A DNA stretch of 64,000 bases from Oikopleura dioica (taxonomy: Eukaryota > Animalia > Chordata). The position numbers and the translations under genes were made by a program. The notes beneath the pieces were generated by a model that worked only from the letters and a program-made list of their open reading frames with translations, was not told the origin of the DNA and did no database searches. This document shows, one piece after another, positions 33,440 through 45,947 of the stretch (the stretch's first letter is position 1; each line of letters begins with the position of its first letter). Where the stretch lies: positions 2,232,001-2,296,000 of the forward strand of contig OU015567.1 in assembly GCA_907165135.1 (NCBI GenBank), in the 5' to 3' direction.

Positions 33440-35150
33440 TACAAAATACATATGAAGGACCAAAAATGGGTTGATAAGATGAGTCAGCTGATGACGATAA
33501 AAATCAAGTGGCCTTGAGCGGTGTCTGTCGGTCATGTGCGGCTCGAAAATCATCGCCGCGTCGTCAACTTGCGTGGGCGAGGGTGTCGCCACCCTCCCAT
33601 TGGCTTATTTGGTTCGGACCATGACATCACAGCCAAACATAGAGACGCGAAACCGCTTCATTTTTCAGTTTCTTTTGATTTTCGAGCTTTTTTCGACGCG
33701 AAACCAGATTCCGTCGATTTCGATGTTTCCGAGAGAGCGTTTTTAAAACTTCAGAAAATTAGGCAGTGAGTTGATAGCGCCCTGAACGGGAGAACAAGTT
33801 AAAATACCGAACCGGGTCTATCGTTACTGCTCCACTTTCTGGAAGAAAACTCGACGAAAACCGTCCAGTCAGGATGACTTTAGCAAAATAACTTATTTTG
33901 CCAACTAGAATCAGCTTCAAGGAATTTTTCTATCTTTTCATTTACAGTAGCATAAAGTATTTTATTCAGAGCGATGATTGAAAAGTCGAAATTCATGTTG
34001 AATCGCTAGTATTTGAGTTATTCTTTCAGGCAGATGAATGTCATGCTAAAAATATTTTGCTAAAACAAAGCTAATCCGTTATTTCGAGACTCGAAATTCG
34101 AGTCCCTTACTTGTGACTGCCATCAGGGCCTTCGAAAAGCATCACATCCTTTGATTCCGGATCAGTATTGTATGCAAATTCCATCGTTTCAACAGGATAC
34201 CCATCGCACCAGGGAAGCCTTTCTGTCGATTCGTAATCATCCCATATTCCAGCGAGAAACCTTGAAAATGATCTTGGTCGGGAGCTTAAAATCCACGTCT
34301 CCTAAAAATTAATTCGGTCTGACTCTTCTTTTCGTAGCGTACTTTAAAGGTAGATTTAGCGACGGAAGCAGGGAAGAGATTGTATTTTTCAATAAAAGAT
34401 GGGTAAAGAGAAAAGATTGGGCAGTGGATTGTTTTGTTTTCATGAACAATTACCCTAGAATCAGAAATAAGAAAAATCTAGTCCCTTTCAAACCGTCCAA
34501 AGTCGTCAAAAACGCGATCTTCACAGATGTATCGCATCGTAAATCCTTCATTTATTCGGTTGTTAGTCAAGCAATATCCAAGTTGTCCTTTTCTCAAATT
34601 TCCCCGTCCGTTCTTGGTAGAATCATTATCCCGAAGTCTTTGCTCTCCTGCTCCTTTATAAGACCATCGACTCGTCTCTGAGTTTCAGAACTTATAGAAT
34701 CGTCGTTATAGAAAAGCGGGTCGATCCACCAAATTCGATCAAGATGATGCTCTTTAAGAGGTCTTTCAGGATAAAAATCGACGATTTCGAAGCTAGAATC
34801 GTTGATAAAAAGCACAAAAAAAAACTGTCACCTTTCAGCCGGAATCGACATATTTCTTTTCGCACATTCACTTCTCGCCTTATTAAAAGAAGCAGGCTTT
34901 CCAAAGGCAATTCCAAACCAATTTTCACCGTTAATTTTCACTTTCACATCCATCTCGAGGGGAAGCAGCGTTTCCTTTGACCTTTTGCGTCTCGGATCGA
35001 CTTCATCGGTTCCATAGAAAAAACTAGAAAAGAGAATCTTTCTTCTCATATCTTCGCTTGTTAGTTTCACGCCATCATCGGGAGGATTTTATTGCTTGGT
35101 TTTGATTGACCAAAAATAGGAGATACAAGCCGCTAAAACCTCTGAAAAAC
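33440..35150 (-). CDS. Probable multi-exon gene of unknown function (one segment weakly C-type-lectin-like)
   Basis: Open frames at 34828-35070 (ENWFGIAFGKPASFNKARSECAKRNMSIP), 34594-34815 and about 34120-34290 with GT/AG flanks. Model not closed. Confidence 0.35.
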
Positions 35151-35479
35151 GTCTCATCGAGTCAAGTAAAGTCTCTCCCGACTTACATGATCATAGGAAG
35201 AATGATATAAAGAAGCGAAAAACCGTTCATCTCTTACAAACTGATCAACGCTCTCCCGATGGTTTTTCTTTATACCAGCAAAATTTATCAGAAAAAATCA
35301 TCGGCGCGCGACCATAACTGTTATCTGATGCTCATTTCCTAAAGCAAGAAGCGTCTTTTAACGATTTTTATCGACAAAATTATTTGATGGAAATCATTGT
35401 TAATTGATTGTTCATTTACTAGTCATACAAAGAAACAACTGCTGAAGATGGTTTTATTCCTCTTTTCAGTTTTTTACAA

Positions 35480-36117
35480 GCCACAATCGTCGGCACAGGC
35501 TTCGCACCATCGATGCATTTGGACTTTTGATTGGTCGACTTGGTCCCTGAAGGGCTCATCGTAGTAACTTATGTCGATGAAAAAGAATAAACCATATCAT
35601 TCACACCTTTTTCGGACGATATCATATCTTTGTGGTCTGAAAAATCGAGCCAGCCGCGCTTGCTGATTCTTTCTTGAGGATCTTCTTCGTTGATTTCTGA
35701 TTTCATAAGTTCATCCATATCGACACTTCGTTTTCCAAGCAGATGGGGCGAACAGGCAACGCAAACCTTCGGGCTTAAAAAAGAGGGTTATTGACGTACT
35801 TCTAGACGAGCAAACTCATATAACCAAAAATAACATAATAATAAAATAATGAAATAAATCACGAAAGCAAAGCGTCCTGCTAGCATATAGCTAGGGTTAG
35901 GGTTAGGGCTATGGAGTGGCTTTTTTGGGGTTCTTTAAGAAAAAAAAACTCTACGCAGCTTTTCATTTGAGCTCTTCTTTACCTGACTCAGGCTTTCTGC
36001 ACAGGTTGCTAAGCTCAGGATATAAGGATACAGCATAACAGTACAATGAACTCACCAGAAATCATGGACAGAAAAGGAGTACCCTAGCGCGAAGAAAAAC
36101 ATGAAAAAAACTTTCAT
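35480..36117 (-). CDS. Candidate prepropeptide (neuropeptide/hormone precursor-like)
   Basis: Signal MKVFFMFFFALGYS, 42-bp GT-AG intron 36014-36055, FSVHDF-CLATCAESLSQ, then VCVACSPHLL-GKR, acidic spacer, SKR-GWLDF. Second acceptor is ambiguous; 3' end unresolved. Confidence 0.5.
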
Positions 36118-36370
36118 CTTCTTCTTCTTCTCTCTGTATGTATCGGAATATCGTCACCAACCGCCGCTTTATTTGGTTTTACTTCACTTTCGAATGGTTT
36201 TCTGTCATTTAATTATTAAGCTTCTAATTGAAAAGGATTTTACGGCGCAGATAAAGCACTTCACAAGCATCTGCTATGAATATTTATGACGAAAATCAGG
36301 ATGCATTAGAGTGGTCACTTCTGTTTTTATTCATAAAGTTATACAGGTGCTTGAAAATTTAATACATTGG

Positions 36371-39117
36371 CTAAATGGTTGACTCGGAAGAAGGGATGAC
36401 GGCCAAGTCTGGAGAAAACTGGAGGGAATTTCGCTTTGAAGTAACATTTGAAAAATTAACTGAAAAATTACTGTAATCGAGGTTTATCATAAAGTTACCT
36501 GATTCGGTAGATGAAAAGCGCATTTTGTATAATTTGTTGAACTGAAAATTCTTGGCCCTGGAGTTGAGAGATTCCCTCGTGTGGTCGAGTCTTGTGCTCA
36601 TGCTAAAATACAGTCAGAATAAGTAATACTGATGGTTTCGTACCATTTGGCAGCGTTCATAAAATCTTGTTTGAACTGTGAACTCATGAATGTGTAGATA
36701 AAGGGGTTGAGAGCAGCGTTGAAGAAGATCAGTAATTCAGCGATTGTTTTCAATCCTGAAAAATAAAGAAATCTGCTGATGAAAAGCTGGCTTTCAACCT
36801 GAAGAGGCAGTACAGTGGTGAATCCTCGATTGGGAAGGTCACTTTGACTTGCCGCTTCCCAATCGAGGATTCGGTCCGCACCGCACTTCTCTAGAGATTG
36901 GCTTGCTATATGCGCTGCCGCTTCCCAATCGAGGATTCAGCGCGTCCTTCCCAATCGAGGATTCACCACTGTATTTTCCTCGAACTCAAAGCTTCCCCCC
37001 GAGCAAGGCACTTGATCTTTGTTGATATTTGAAAAGCTGTCTCCAAGATACAGGCTCGGATCGTTTTTCGATCTTTCATAATTCGCCACTTCGATAAGTT
37101 TATCCACGTGGAATGGGAGCCAGCAAAGTACGAAACTCGCCAAAATGACGATGATCATCAAAATCACTCGTTTTCGAAGATCGAATCGTTTTCGTGCTTC
37201 TTTCGATCGAGCAAACTTAATTTTTTTAATCCTTTTAAATTCGACTCAAAAATTACCTTCACCCTTTTACTCGTCTCTTGAAGCTTGGTGCAAATCAATA
37301 TGTAGCAAATGGTCATCAAAATCAGCGGCAAAAAGAAACAAATCGACGCAACGCAGATCAAATAGTCATTATACGCTTTTACACAGAAGAAGCAGCCTCT
37401 TTTCTCCTGCAAAACCTCGATGTAAACTTGCGCATCATAAATTGGATAATCGTCATAATCGCCAAAAACATCAGCACTTTCCATTCTCGAAGGCGCCTCT
37501 AGAATCATCTGAGCTTTTTTGCTTCTATCAAAAATTACCGATATTAAAGCTGTCAGCGATTTCGCACTGGAATTTTTCGCATTCGTCGAATTTCAAATGC
37601 TCAACTATGCTTTCTCCGCAATTTTTTCTAAAAGAACTTATCTCTAGAAAAGAATTGACGGAGTTTCCAAGGTGCACTCTTTCTCAGGATTCTCAATTGT
37701 CCCTCTACCTAAAGCCCCCATGAAGAGAGAACCCTGCTCCACAAAGCTCTCGTTTTTCTAGAGCAATTGCTTGAGGTACTTCCCAGTTCGACCAATTCGT
37801 CGACTTGACCATTTCCCCATCGAGCTGGAGGCTGACTTGACTCGTTCTCGGATCAACAGTGTACCAGATAAACAAAGGAATGCACCAAAAATCGAAAAGA
37901 TCCAGGCAAAAAGGCAAATCAAATTCGTGTACTTTTGAAAAATCTCCCTCGATTTCGTGAATAAAGAAGGAGAACCAACGATCAAGTAAAATCGGTCGAG
38001 AGACATGATCGTGAGAAACGAGACAGAGGCGAAAAATGAAATGAAATTGACGCAGTACATGAACTTTTTCCACTGCCCGTAGATCGTGTTTTTGCTACGG
38101 TGGGAGTTCAGCGCCGAGTTGAAGCTCTGAAGCTCAGAAGGTGAAAGGTCACTATCTCGGATCAATAATGTAAAGTGGATAAATTATCCAGGATAATCCT
38201 GGTAATGACTTCAAATGGTCAATCAACTTGATCGGCCCGAGTCATAGAGTTTCAGCATATCCCGACTTATTCCACAAATCCATCGTCAGATCGATTTCTG
38301 GCAGTCCAATTACTGGAATATTTAACCTTTCGCCACATAAACTGACCCCTGCTTTGTCCAAATAATTGGTACGAATATTGAACTGTTCGACGAATACGGT
38401 ATTTGGAATGCTAAAGCTCAAGATTTCACCGTTTCTACGGCCCAGGAGCCTTTACCTGATGATGAGGAGAATATCTGCTATAGTAAGATTGAGAATAAAT
38501 AGGTTAGCGGAGCGATTGAGCTTTTGAAAATTCCCAATAATGGTGAAGATAACGACCAAGTTTCCAAAAAGGCCGACGATGAATATTAAAAAGTACACGA
38601 CGATAAATCCGGTCGACATTGAAGTCTCGTTGCGCTGGATGAACGATAGCAAAGTTGAAATCGTCTCATCCTCGCAGTCACTTGATACTGTAAGGCTCTC
38701 CTGACAAGGGTCACCTCCTTAATTGAACAACAGGATATTTGGATTAATTCAATTTGGAGGGTTAAAGTGGATTTTCAAAGATTGCCGACTAAAAAGTCCT
38801 GACGAAGATCGAAAATAAACAGTTCGACTTTCGGAAGCTCTGACTGGCCGAAAAAATTGAGCTAATCGTAGTTTTCCGGCCCCTGATTGGTTGGTTGGCG
38901 AAATCTTATTGGCTCAAAACGACACTCTGATAAAATCTATTATGAGTCATAATTTATGACTCATTATATATAAAATATTTTATCGTCACTTTCTTAGGGG
39001 AATGTCTCTGTTACCTGTTAAATTGAAGAAGCAATCAGGCGGTCGATATCGATGCTGACCGAATCCAAAAATTTTTCCAGCATTATCTCCAATTGACTTG
39101 AACGGATTTGGCGACAT
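36371..39117 (-). CDS. Class A (rhodopsin-family) peptide-type GPCR; this allele is interrupted by a MITE in ECL3
   Basis: TM1 GLFGNLVVI, TM2 NLFILNLTIAD, TM3 SLDRF, TM5 FFLPLILMTICY, TM6 CWLPFH, TM7 NAALNPFIY. N-terminal exon at 39117 with an NLT sequon. ECL1 splicing unresolved. Confidence 0.85.
36813..36971. mobile_element. 159-bp Tc1/mariner-like MITE with TA TSD
   Basis: Perfect 26-bp TIR CAGTGGTGAATCCTCGATTGGGAAGG. TA at 36811-36812 and 36972-36973. Internal copies of CTTCCCAATCGAGGATTC at 36855 and 36921. Confidence 0.9.
38942..38964. repeat. Perfect 11-bp inverted repeat containing two AP-1-like TGA(G/C)TCA cores
   Basis: ATGAGTCATAA-T-TTATGACTCAT in GPCR intron 1. Confidence 0.6.
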
Positions 39118-40699
39118 CTAAAAATAATCTTTGAAAAAGTTCCTTTGACGGATTGAAGTAAAAACACTTTTGGCAACGAAAAGCTCAATTTCAATCTTGT
39201 TCTTTCTCTGATGAAAAATTCAAGCTCTGATGAGGATATATTTAATCAAATGATGATCAACCTCGAGTCGTGTATTTTTAATTTCGTCCATGTTAGAACC
39301 CAGCAGAACTGACCTTCAATTTGAGATACAGACGAACTTGTTTGCTTATCCGTTTATCTCCTCTAATAAAAATTCTCTTGAAAAGAGTAAACTCTAAACC
39401 ACTCCTTGGATCTCCAAAAAAGAGGTGACAAAAAAGAGCCCCGCATCTGGATCAAATCGAACCGTACAGTTTATCTTTTACAAAGAACGTATAGCGTCCA
39501 TAATTTATGTATCAAATGACAATCTCTGTCTACTTTTGCTGACTGTCAGCTTTCTTTTCTTTCAGGGAGGCTTTAGGGCATAAGATTTTATTTTTTACAT
39601 AATTGATTGAATTGATTTTTCAGCAACTTAATTGTCCCCTTAATTAAATGTTGTTAATAACAAGTTGTTATGAACAAAAAATGTTATTAATTTTTTCAAT
39701 ACTTCTTGAAACTTTTACCTCCAAGGAAAAATCAAAATCAAAGTAAAAATCATATAAGTCCATTTTCTTCTCTGTGTAAAAATTCTGAACTCTGTTCATA
39801 TTTTTTCATAAATATCACCAACAGGAAATGAAATCAAGGAAGAGGAACTCAATTTTTTTTACCTTATTTTTCGATCCTTTCGGATATTTCTGAAGATATA
39901 AAAAGAAGCTTCTCTTTTTGACTAAAAAAAGAACTTGTGCACTTAACTTTTATAAAATAATCAGATTTAAAAGGCACTCATCCTTTTTTGGGCAAGTGTC
40001 TTCTGAATCCTATTAAATTTGGCATGATAGCGTTTTTGCATGTGTATATTCTGAGCGGGAAAGGGGATCGGAGCGGATTGTTGTTTGTTTATGACCTTAT
40101 TCCAGGCGATCCTCATTACTGAGAGCTTTATGTCTTATTCTTCAATATTCCTGGATATTCTCATCCTTAGAAATCTGTGTGTTTGGCGGACAGACACGAT
40201 TCTTTTGCGAACATCGGTGATTTATTAGCTTGTTTCTTCGCGTGTCCTCGCTCTGCAGACCTGGTCCTTCATTAACCTTTCACAAAGAAACCAGATCACT
40301 TCTTGTACAAGGCGAATATTGATGATTAAACGGAGCCAAATACTTATCTCATAGTCGGATATAGTTGTTTGATCAGGGGTCAAGAATTATTCAAAACGGC
40401 GTATTTAAGAACTCTCTTCTTTCTTCGAAGAACATAGTTCGATTTTAAGATATTCAGAAAATTTTTAAGATGCTTTTTAAAATATATACAATTTTGCCAG
40501 GATTGAGCTCGGCTTTCGGAATATATCAACTGCACAGATTTCGATTTGAATGCATGCAAGGTAATTTTTGGTTAGTTTGACGCTGAAAATCCGCGAATTT
40601 TCCAAAATTTCCGACTCAAATCGACAGATAGGTGCCAAAATTTTTATAAATTGACGAATCAGAGCGCATTTTTCCGAAATTTTTGTCCTTCGATAGTCT

Positions 40700-42450
40700 A
40701 AATAATTGAAAAAAGCTTGAGAAAAAAATAATTTTCAGGTGTTATGTCGATGCCAACAGAAAACCTCAACCCGGAAACAACGATGAGCGAGCTTGAATCA
40801 ATCTGCGACGAGTACATTTTTACTTTGTGGCAAATGCACAACAAGAAACCAAAATACTTTGAAAAACAATGATTGTGGAAAACACAATTGAGCGACATTT
40901 CTTTTACTGTGAATAAATTTTAAAACACATCGAATTTTTCAAAGATGATAAGCGTTTCTTGTTGAAGGAGCTCTAGAAACTGCATCAAACTCAACCTCTG
41001 TTGGCTCATTTAGGTCTAAAAAAGTTTTTTTCTTATTTTTTTTCGCTAAAGATTGTGTTACCGATTCGATTGTAAGAACAACAATAGCAACAGCCAAGAA
41101 CATTTCCTTGAAAAAACAGAATGATGACCAGGGAATTGATAGAAATCATCTGCATCAAAAATAAAACACAGTAGACAGCGAAAATGTAAGGGTCGGAAGA
41201 CGTCATCCACTTCACAATAGAAAGGTAGTAGACATGGCTTCCGACCGAAAGACTGAGCCACAAGAATGCCAGAATCGAGAAAGAACCAATAACATTCGAC
41301 CAGCAAGCTAAAACCCGTTAAAACCTAACCTCAAAGCGAAAAATTTTTCCCACAAGTTTTTCGATATCTTCTCCGAAATCGGCGTTCATCATCGCAGGAA
41401 AGGCAGCATCCACAAATCGAAGGAATCAAGGTCAAAATGCCCATCAAAATGCCGACTCCGTAAGAATAAAATATTGAAGCAGCATATTCATATGGGCAGA
41501 CGACGGATTGAGTTGGCCCACTCCGCACGTGGGGCCAAGGCACGGGAGGTGTCAAGCCGAGAGTCAATAGATGCAAGGGACCACGCCGCCGGGGCGAACT
41601 CCTGCAGAGTACGGTTTCGGGCCAAGTTTGGAGCAAGTCTCGGTGTGAGACCTCGAGTAAACAGAATCAAAGGTCACATTGAGCCCGAGATCAGGATCAA
41701 GCTCATCTCCGGATAAGCCCTAAAAGTGAAGATATAGATGACCTAAAAATAAAATTTGATGAAACTTGGCTCAATAGGGTAAAAGGGCCTTCAAAACACA
41801 GAAAAAAGGCTCTGAATCAAACAAAACTTACGTCAGAACATCGTGGGAGCAATTTGACAAGACCGAAATTCGCGAAAAATCGCATTTTGCGAAATCTTGA
41901 CGAAAACTGAGCTGCGATTGCGATGCGATTGCGATTCGGTCAGAAAAGTTCTTGCGATTGCGAATTTTCTGCAAAATTTCGCATCGCAATCGCAAAATAT
42001 TCGCCAATTGCGATTTTCGCGAAAAAGTCTTTTTCGACCAAAGATTCGGATTCAACGCCCCTGATTACCCTATTGGGCCAAGTTTCATAAAATTCTATTT
42101 TTCGGTCATCTATATCTTCACTTTTAGGGCTGATCCGGGGATGAGCTTGATCCTGATCTCGGGCTCAACGTGACCTTTGATTCTGTTTACTCAAGGTCTC
42201 ACACCGAGACTTGCTCCAAACTTGGCCCAGAACTGGACTCTGCAGGAGTTCGCACCGGCGGCGTGGTCCCTTCCATCTATTGACTCTCGGCTTGACACCG
42301 CCTGTGCCTTGGCCTCACGTGCGGAGTGGGCCAACTCAATCCGTGTTTCCCCATTCATATGTTCCCAAGTAAAAATCCATGGTCAAAATTCCCACATCGC
42401 TGATTATCAGGAAAATTGCAAAAAGAATAAGGGTCCCCCCAGTCGCCTAA
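40700..42450 (-). pseudogene. Multi-pass membrane protein gene interrupted in an exon by a MULE-like element
   Basis: Empty site gives in-frame GTLILFAIFLIISDVGILTMDFYLG-TYE-YAASIFYSYGVGILMGILTLIPSICGCCLSC. Further hydrophobic exons at 41033-41306. Gene limits approximate. Confidence 0.6.
41495..42352. mobile_element. Mutator/foldback-like non-autonomous element (858 bp), about 286-bp TIRs, 9-bp TSD ATTCATATG
   Basis: TSD at 41486-41494 and 42353-42361. Imperfect TIRs at 41495-41780 and 42067-42352. Core rich in GCGATT/AATCGC repeats. Confidence 0.88.
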
Positions 42451-42654
42451 AATCGTAGTATATATAAATTATATTTTATTATATATATAAATTTCATACT
42501 CGTAAAAAGCGCTGGTAGAGCATTCTCTTTTTCAAAATTGAAAAAACCGTATACAAGCAATTGTTTTCGAGGGTAAACATGATTATCGCAGTAACTCTTC
42601 CACGTGAATATTTATTCTTCGCATTAATCGAATAAAAACAGCAAGTATCAAAGT

Positions 42655-44204
42655 TCAAAGTTTGGGTATGATTCTGAGAAGAAACTGCTCTTTCGTCAAA
42701 TTCTGCATTTCGTTGAGCAGCTTTTCGGCCGGGCCCGCTTCCGATAGCAGATATTCCCTGTTTTCGGGCTCGGTGCTCAACGTGTGATAAGCTCCTTAAA
42801 AATATTTACAGAGAAGTTATGTTGTTTTTTTGCTCCGTGAAACAAGCGTATTTACCTAAGACGCTTTGAGCTGCTCGTGCTCGCACTGCATAATAAATAG
42901 CATTTATCTCGGCTTCCGTAAGTTTCCGGGAATGAAGATATCCACGGAGAAGCCAGCTGATTGGCTGGTAGACGGATTCGAGGGATGAAGTTTTGGTGAA
43001 GACTGCCACCATGTGGTAAAGAACAGCGATGGAAAGGTCGAAAACTAAGGCACTCCCGCAGACATCACCGAAATCAATGAAAGCCTTCAGCGCAGCTAAA
43101 AACATGATGAGCAAAAACCTTTTTCACTTTCGAGAACCTTTTCCAGATTCGTCTTTTTCTCCGATGATGTTGAGTGAATTTAAGTCTCCATGAACGACTC
43201 CACTTGGTAAATCACAGTTGTTTTTCAATATCTCTTTGAAATCTTTGATCGCCGCTTTGACTGAAGCGGTTGTTTCTTCTGATTCAAGAGTGGCGATTCT
43301 TTCCTCCCATTCTGGATTCACGACTCGTTCGATTGACCAGATGTGCTTATAAAAATAAAATTGGGTGAGAAGAAGAGGAACTATAACTAGGGCCGACGCG
43401 CAAAAAATCAACCCCAAGAAAGCATCAACGTAGAGAGCTGAAACTTCGGGACATTATGTAGTTCGACCCAACTAAAAAAATTGCTATTGAAAATTTTTTG
43501 GTCAGGTCACGTGGTCACGTGATACAGGCCTCCGAAAAGCTAAAAAAGCTTGACGACCTTGAACGCCTGATCAAGGTCGATCAGCTCATACCTCAAAAGA
43601 AAGCGCTCAAAAAGTTGGGGGGTTTTAGTTGGGTCGAACTACATAATTTCCCGGAGTTTCAGCTCTCAGAAACTCCAATTTTCAAGGTGAATTTATGGCG
43701 TCTACTTTTAACCCAGACGAACTTATTTTCAGATCCCTTTCTTACCTTTAATTTCGAAGTGAAAGGGAACTTCTCTGAAGACCCCTTTCTTTCCATTAGC
43801 AAGTGGCATTTTGCAATAGCTTCTCCGATCTCCGAAAAAAACTGTTCCTCAACGGGCAATTTTTGCAACATCTCTCCTTCAATAAATTCCAACAGCCGGA
43901 CGTAACACTCTCCATCTTTTCCGTTCGCCATTTTTGTCTTGAGCTTCTTCTGCAAAAGCCCTTCCTTTGTCTTGATTATCTGCGGGACGGCGATGCCGGA
44001 ATTGAACCAAAATTGCTGGAGTTCTGCTTGTTCGGAAACGCGGTTTTCATCGGAGGAGAATTCTTCGTGGAAGACTTTCAGGACGACTTTTGTTGAGGTT
44101 GAAGTGGTGATGAGGAAGTTGAGGTCATCATAGCTCGGAAGGGATTTGATTGATTGAGTTTTGATGTTGTAAAAATTGTCTGAAATAGATTTACATGATA
44201 TCAA
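42655..44204 (-). CDS. HYKK: Hydroxylysine kinase (aminoglycoside phosphotransferase-like), multi-exon; start unresolved
   Basis: LPSYDDLNF, YVRLLEFIEG, VHGDLNSLNII, FIDFGD...FDLSIA, LLRGY. Confidence 0.8.
43433..43667. mobile_element. Intronic MITE-like element in HYKK
   Basis: About 45-bp inverted termini GAGAGCTGAAACT(T/C)CGGGA(C/A)ATTATGTAGTTCGACCCAACTAAAA. No clear TSD. Confidence 0.6.
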
Positions 44205-45947
44205 ATTTTAAAATTAAAGTTGTGGTGTTAAGATTGAATACCTGGCCATTCAAGATTATTTTTATGCTTAATGATGTTAATCGCATTTTGCCTTTTATTT
44301 TAAATATAAACAAGAGAAATGAAAGAAAAACTTATGATTTCTAAAGAGAGAACTAAAGCACAGTATGAAACGTACCAAGTACAGTTGTTGCTTCATCAAT
44401 TAAAAGTTTTGGCTTCGTGGGCATCTCTTCAGTTGTATTACTGTTTTTTTTTGTCTCTTTTGAAATCAAACTCGCAAAATTCAAGCAAATATTTTTCTGG
44501 CCAATAAGTTCTGTCTTCGTTTTTGCGTGGGCAAAATTCGAATTTCTACAAATTCTGGAGTCTAGGCCAAAATTTCCTCGTTGATTCCAACGCCAGCAAG
44601 GTTCGAGAAACCGTTATTTTTGATCAAAATATTTTCCATCCGACTCTGATTTAATTCACTCTTCTCATTTTTGAGCCCTTCCAGGTGTACTGGAAAACGT
44701 CACGTGAAGGGAATGAATTTTATTCAGATTTAGAACGCGTCCCTTGTTTTTCAGTGTTTTCAAGATGCGGCAACCTTCTTGAGAGAAAAAAGTGTTGTTC
44801 CGTTAACAAAAATGCAAAGTGGGCTGAGTGTGACGAATACGGAATTGGACGGTTTACGGTTCTTTTCTAGAGCGCGAACTCCACGGCCACTTCAACGAAT
44901 ATTGAAATAATTACGAGCAAACCTGTTTTCCGACCATTTTTTCTTATCATCAAAGGCTATAATAAAGCATAAATCAAAGGGTTTAATTTTTATCAATGAT
45001 AAATTATCATTCAGCTGCTCTGCTCATTTTCCTTCTTTGTTAATAAAATTTTGAAAACAACTCTTCCCAAAACATTGCCAAAAACGTGATTCAACCAACA
45101 AATCAACAATCTTTACGCATTTTATCAGCTGCTTATTCCTTTTTTCGTTCGTTGTTATCTCAAGTCCGCTTATGGGATTTAGCTCCGAAGCCCACGTTCA
45201 ATGACATGAGCCACAATAAACTCGCTCGAGAACATTTTTATGCGCATTCTAATAAGGAAGTAAATCTACGTTTTAAACTGTTTACCAAACGGCGCAAATG
45301 AAAATAATTTGCGGCTTTCGTGGCGTTCCGTATTTTTACGAAATAACCAGGGTACATTTTTGCCGGAAGAAAATATTGTCAAAACTGGTCAAGAACTTTG
45401 TAAATGGATTTCCGTCTTTAGAAAAGAAAAAAAAATCCATCATCTAACAAAGTCAAAACTTTTAAATTCCTGATGTATAAAAAGAACCGCACTTGATTTC
45501 GAACGGAATTCAAGGACAAAACAGGAAGCGGTTTTGCAAATCTTGTTCGTTCTCGTTACTGTTTATGCTGGTCTGATTTGTTTGTAAAAAGCCCTCGTAA
45601 ATATGACCTTTCCGGGCGGAAGGGGTTCCATTCTCGCTTGCTTTTAGAAATCGAATCTTTGCTGACGAAATCATTCTGATTATACTCTCATAATTCTTAC
45701 TCTTCAGCGATGATTTCTAGCGTCGGCAAGGTGAGGCTTATCCAGGTTAATCGCTCTTCAGCTGGTTCACCTAACCGTTCTTGTTTATCAGCTGATTAGG
45801 CAACTTTACGTGAGCTTTTAAATTCTCCGCATTTTCGATATTCCAAAACAACCAGATTAGTCGCTCTTGGGAGCAAAATCTTTCGCTAGCAGCTGGCGTT
45901 GATTTCTTACTTTCTACTGTCAAGTCAAGAGAAAATATCTCTCGAAA

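Noticed and set aside
35630-35670. RISKR-GWLDF as a CCK/gastrin/cionin ortholog
   Set aside because: It resembles GWMDF but lacks the upstream Tyr and the following G-RR amidation signal. Kept only as part of the unnamed precursor candidate.
35892-35908. True telomere or chromosome-fusion site
   Set aside because: Under three TTAGGG units; too short to support that call.
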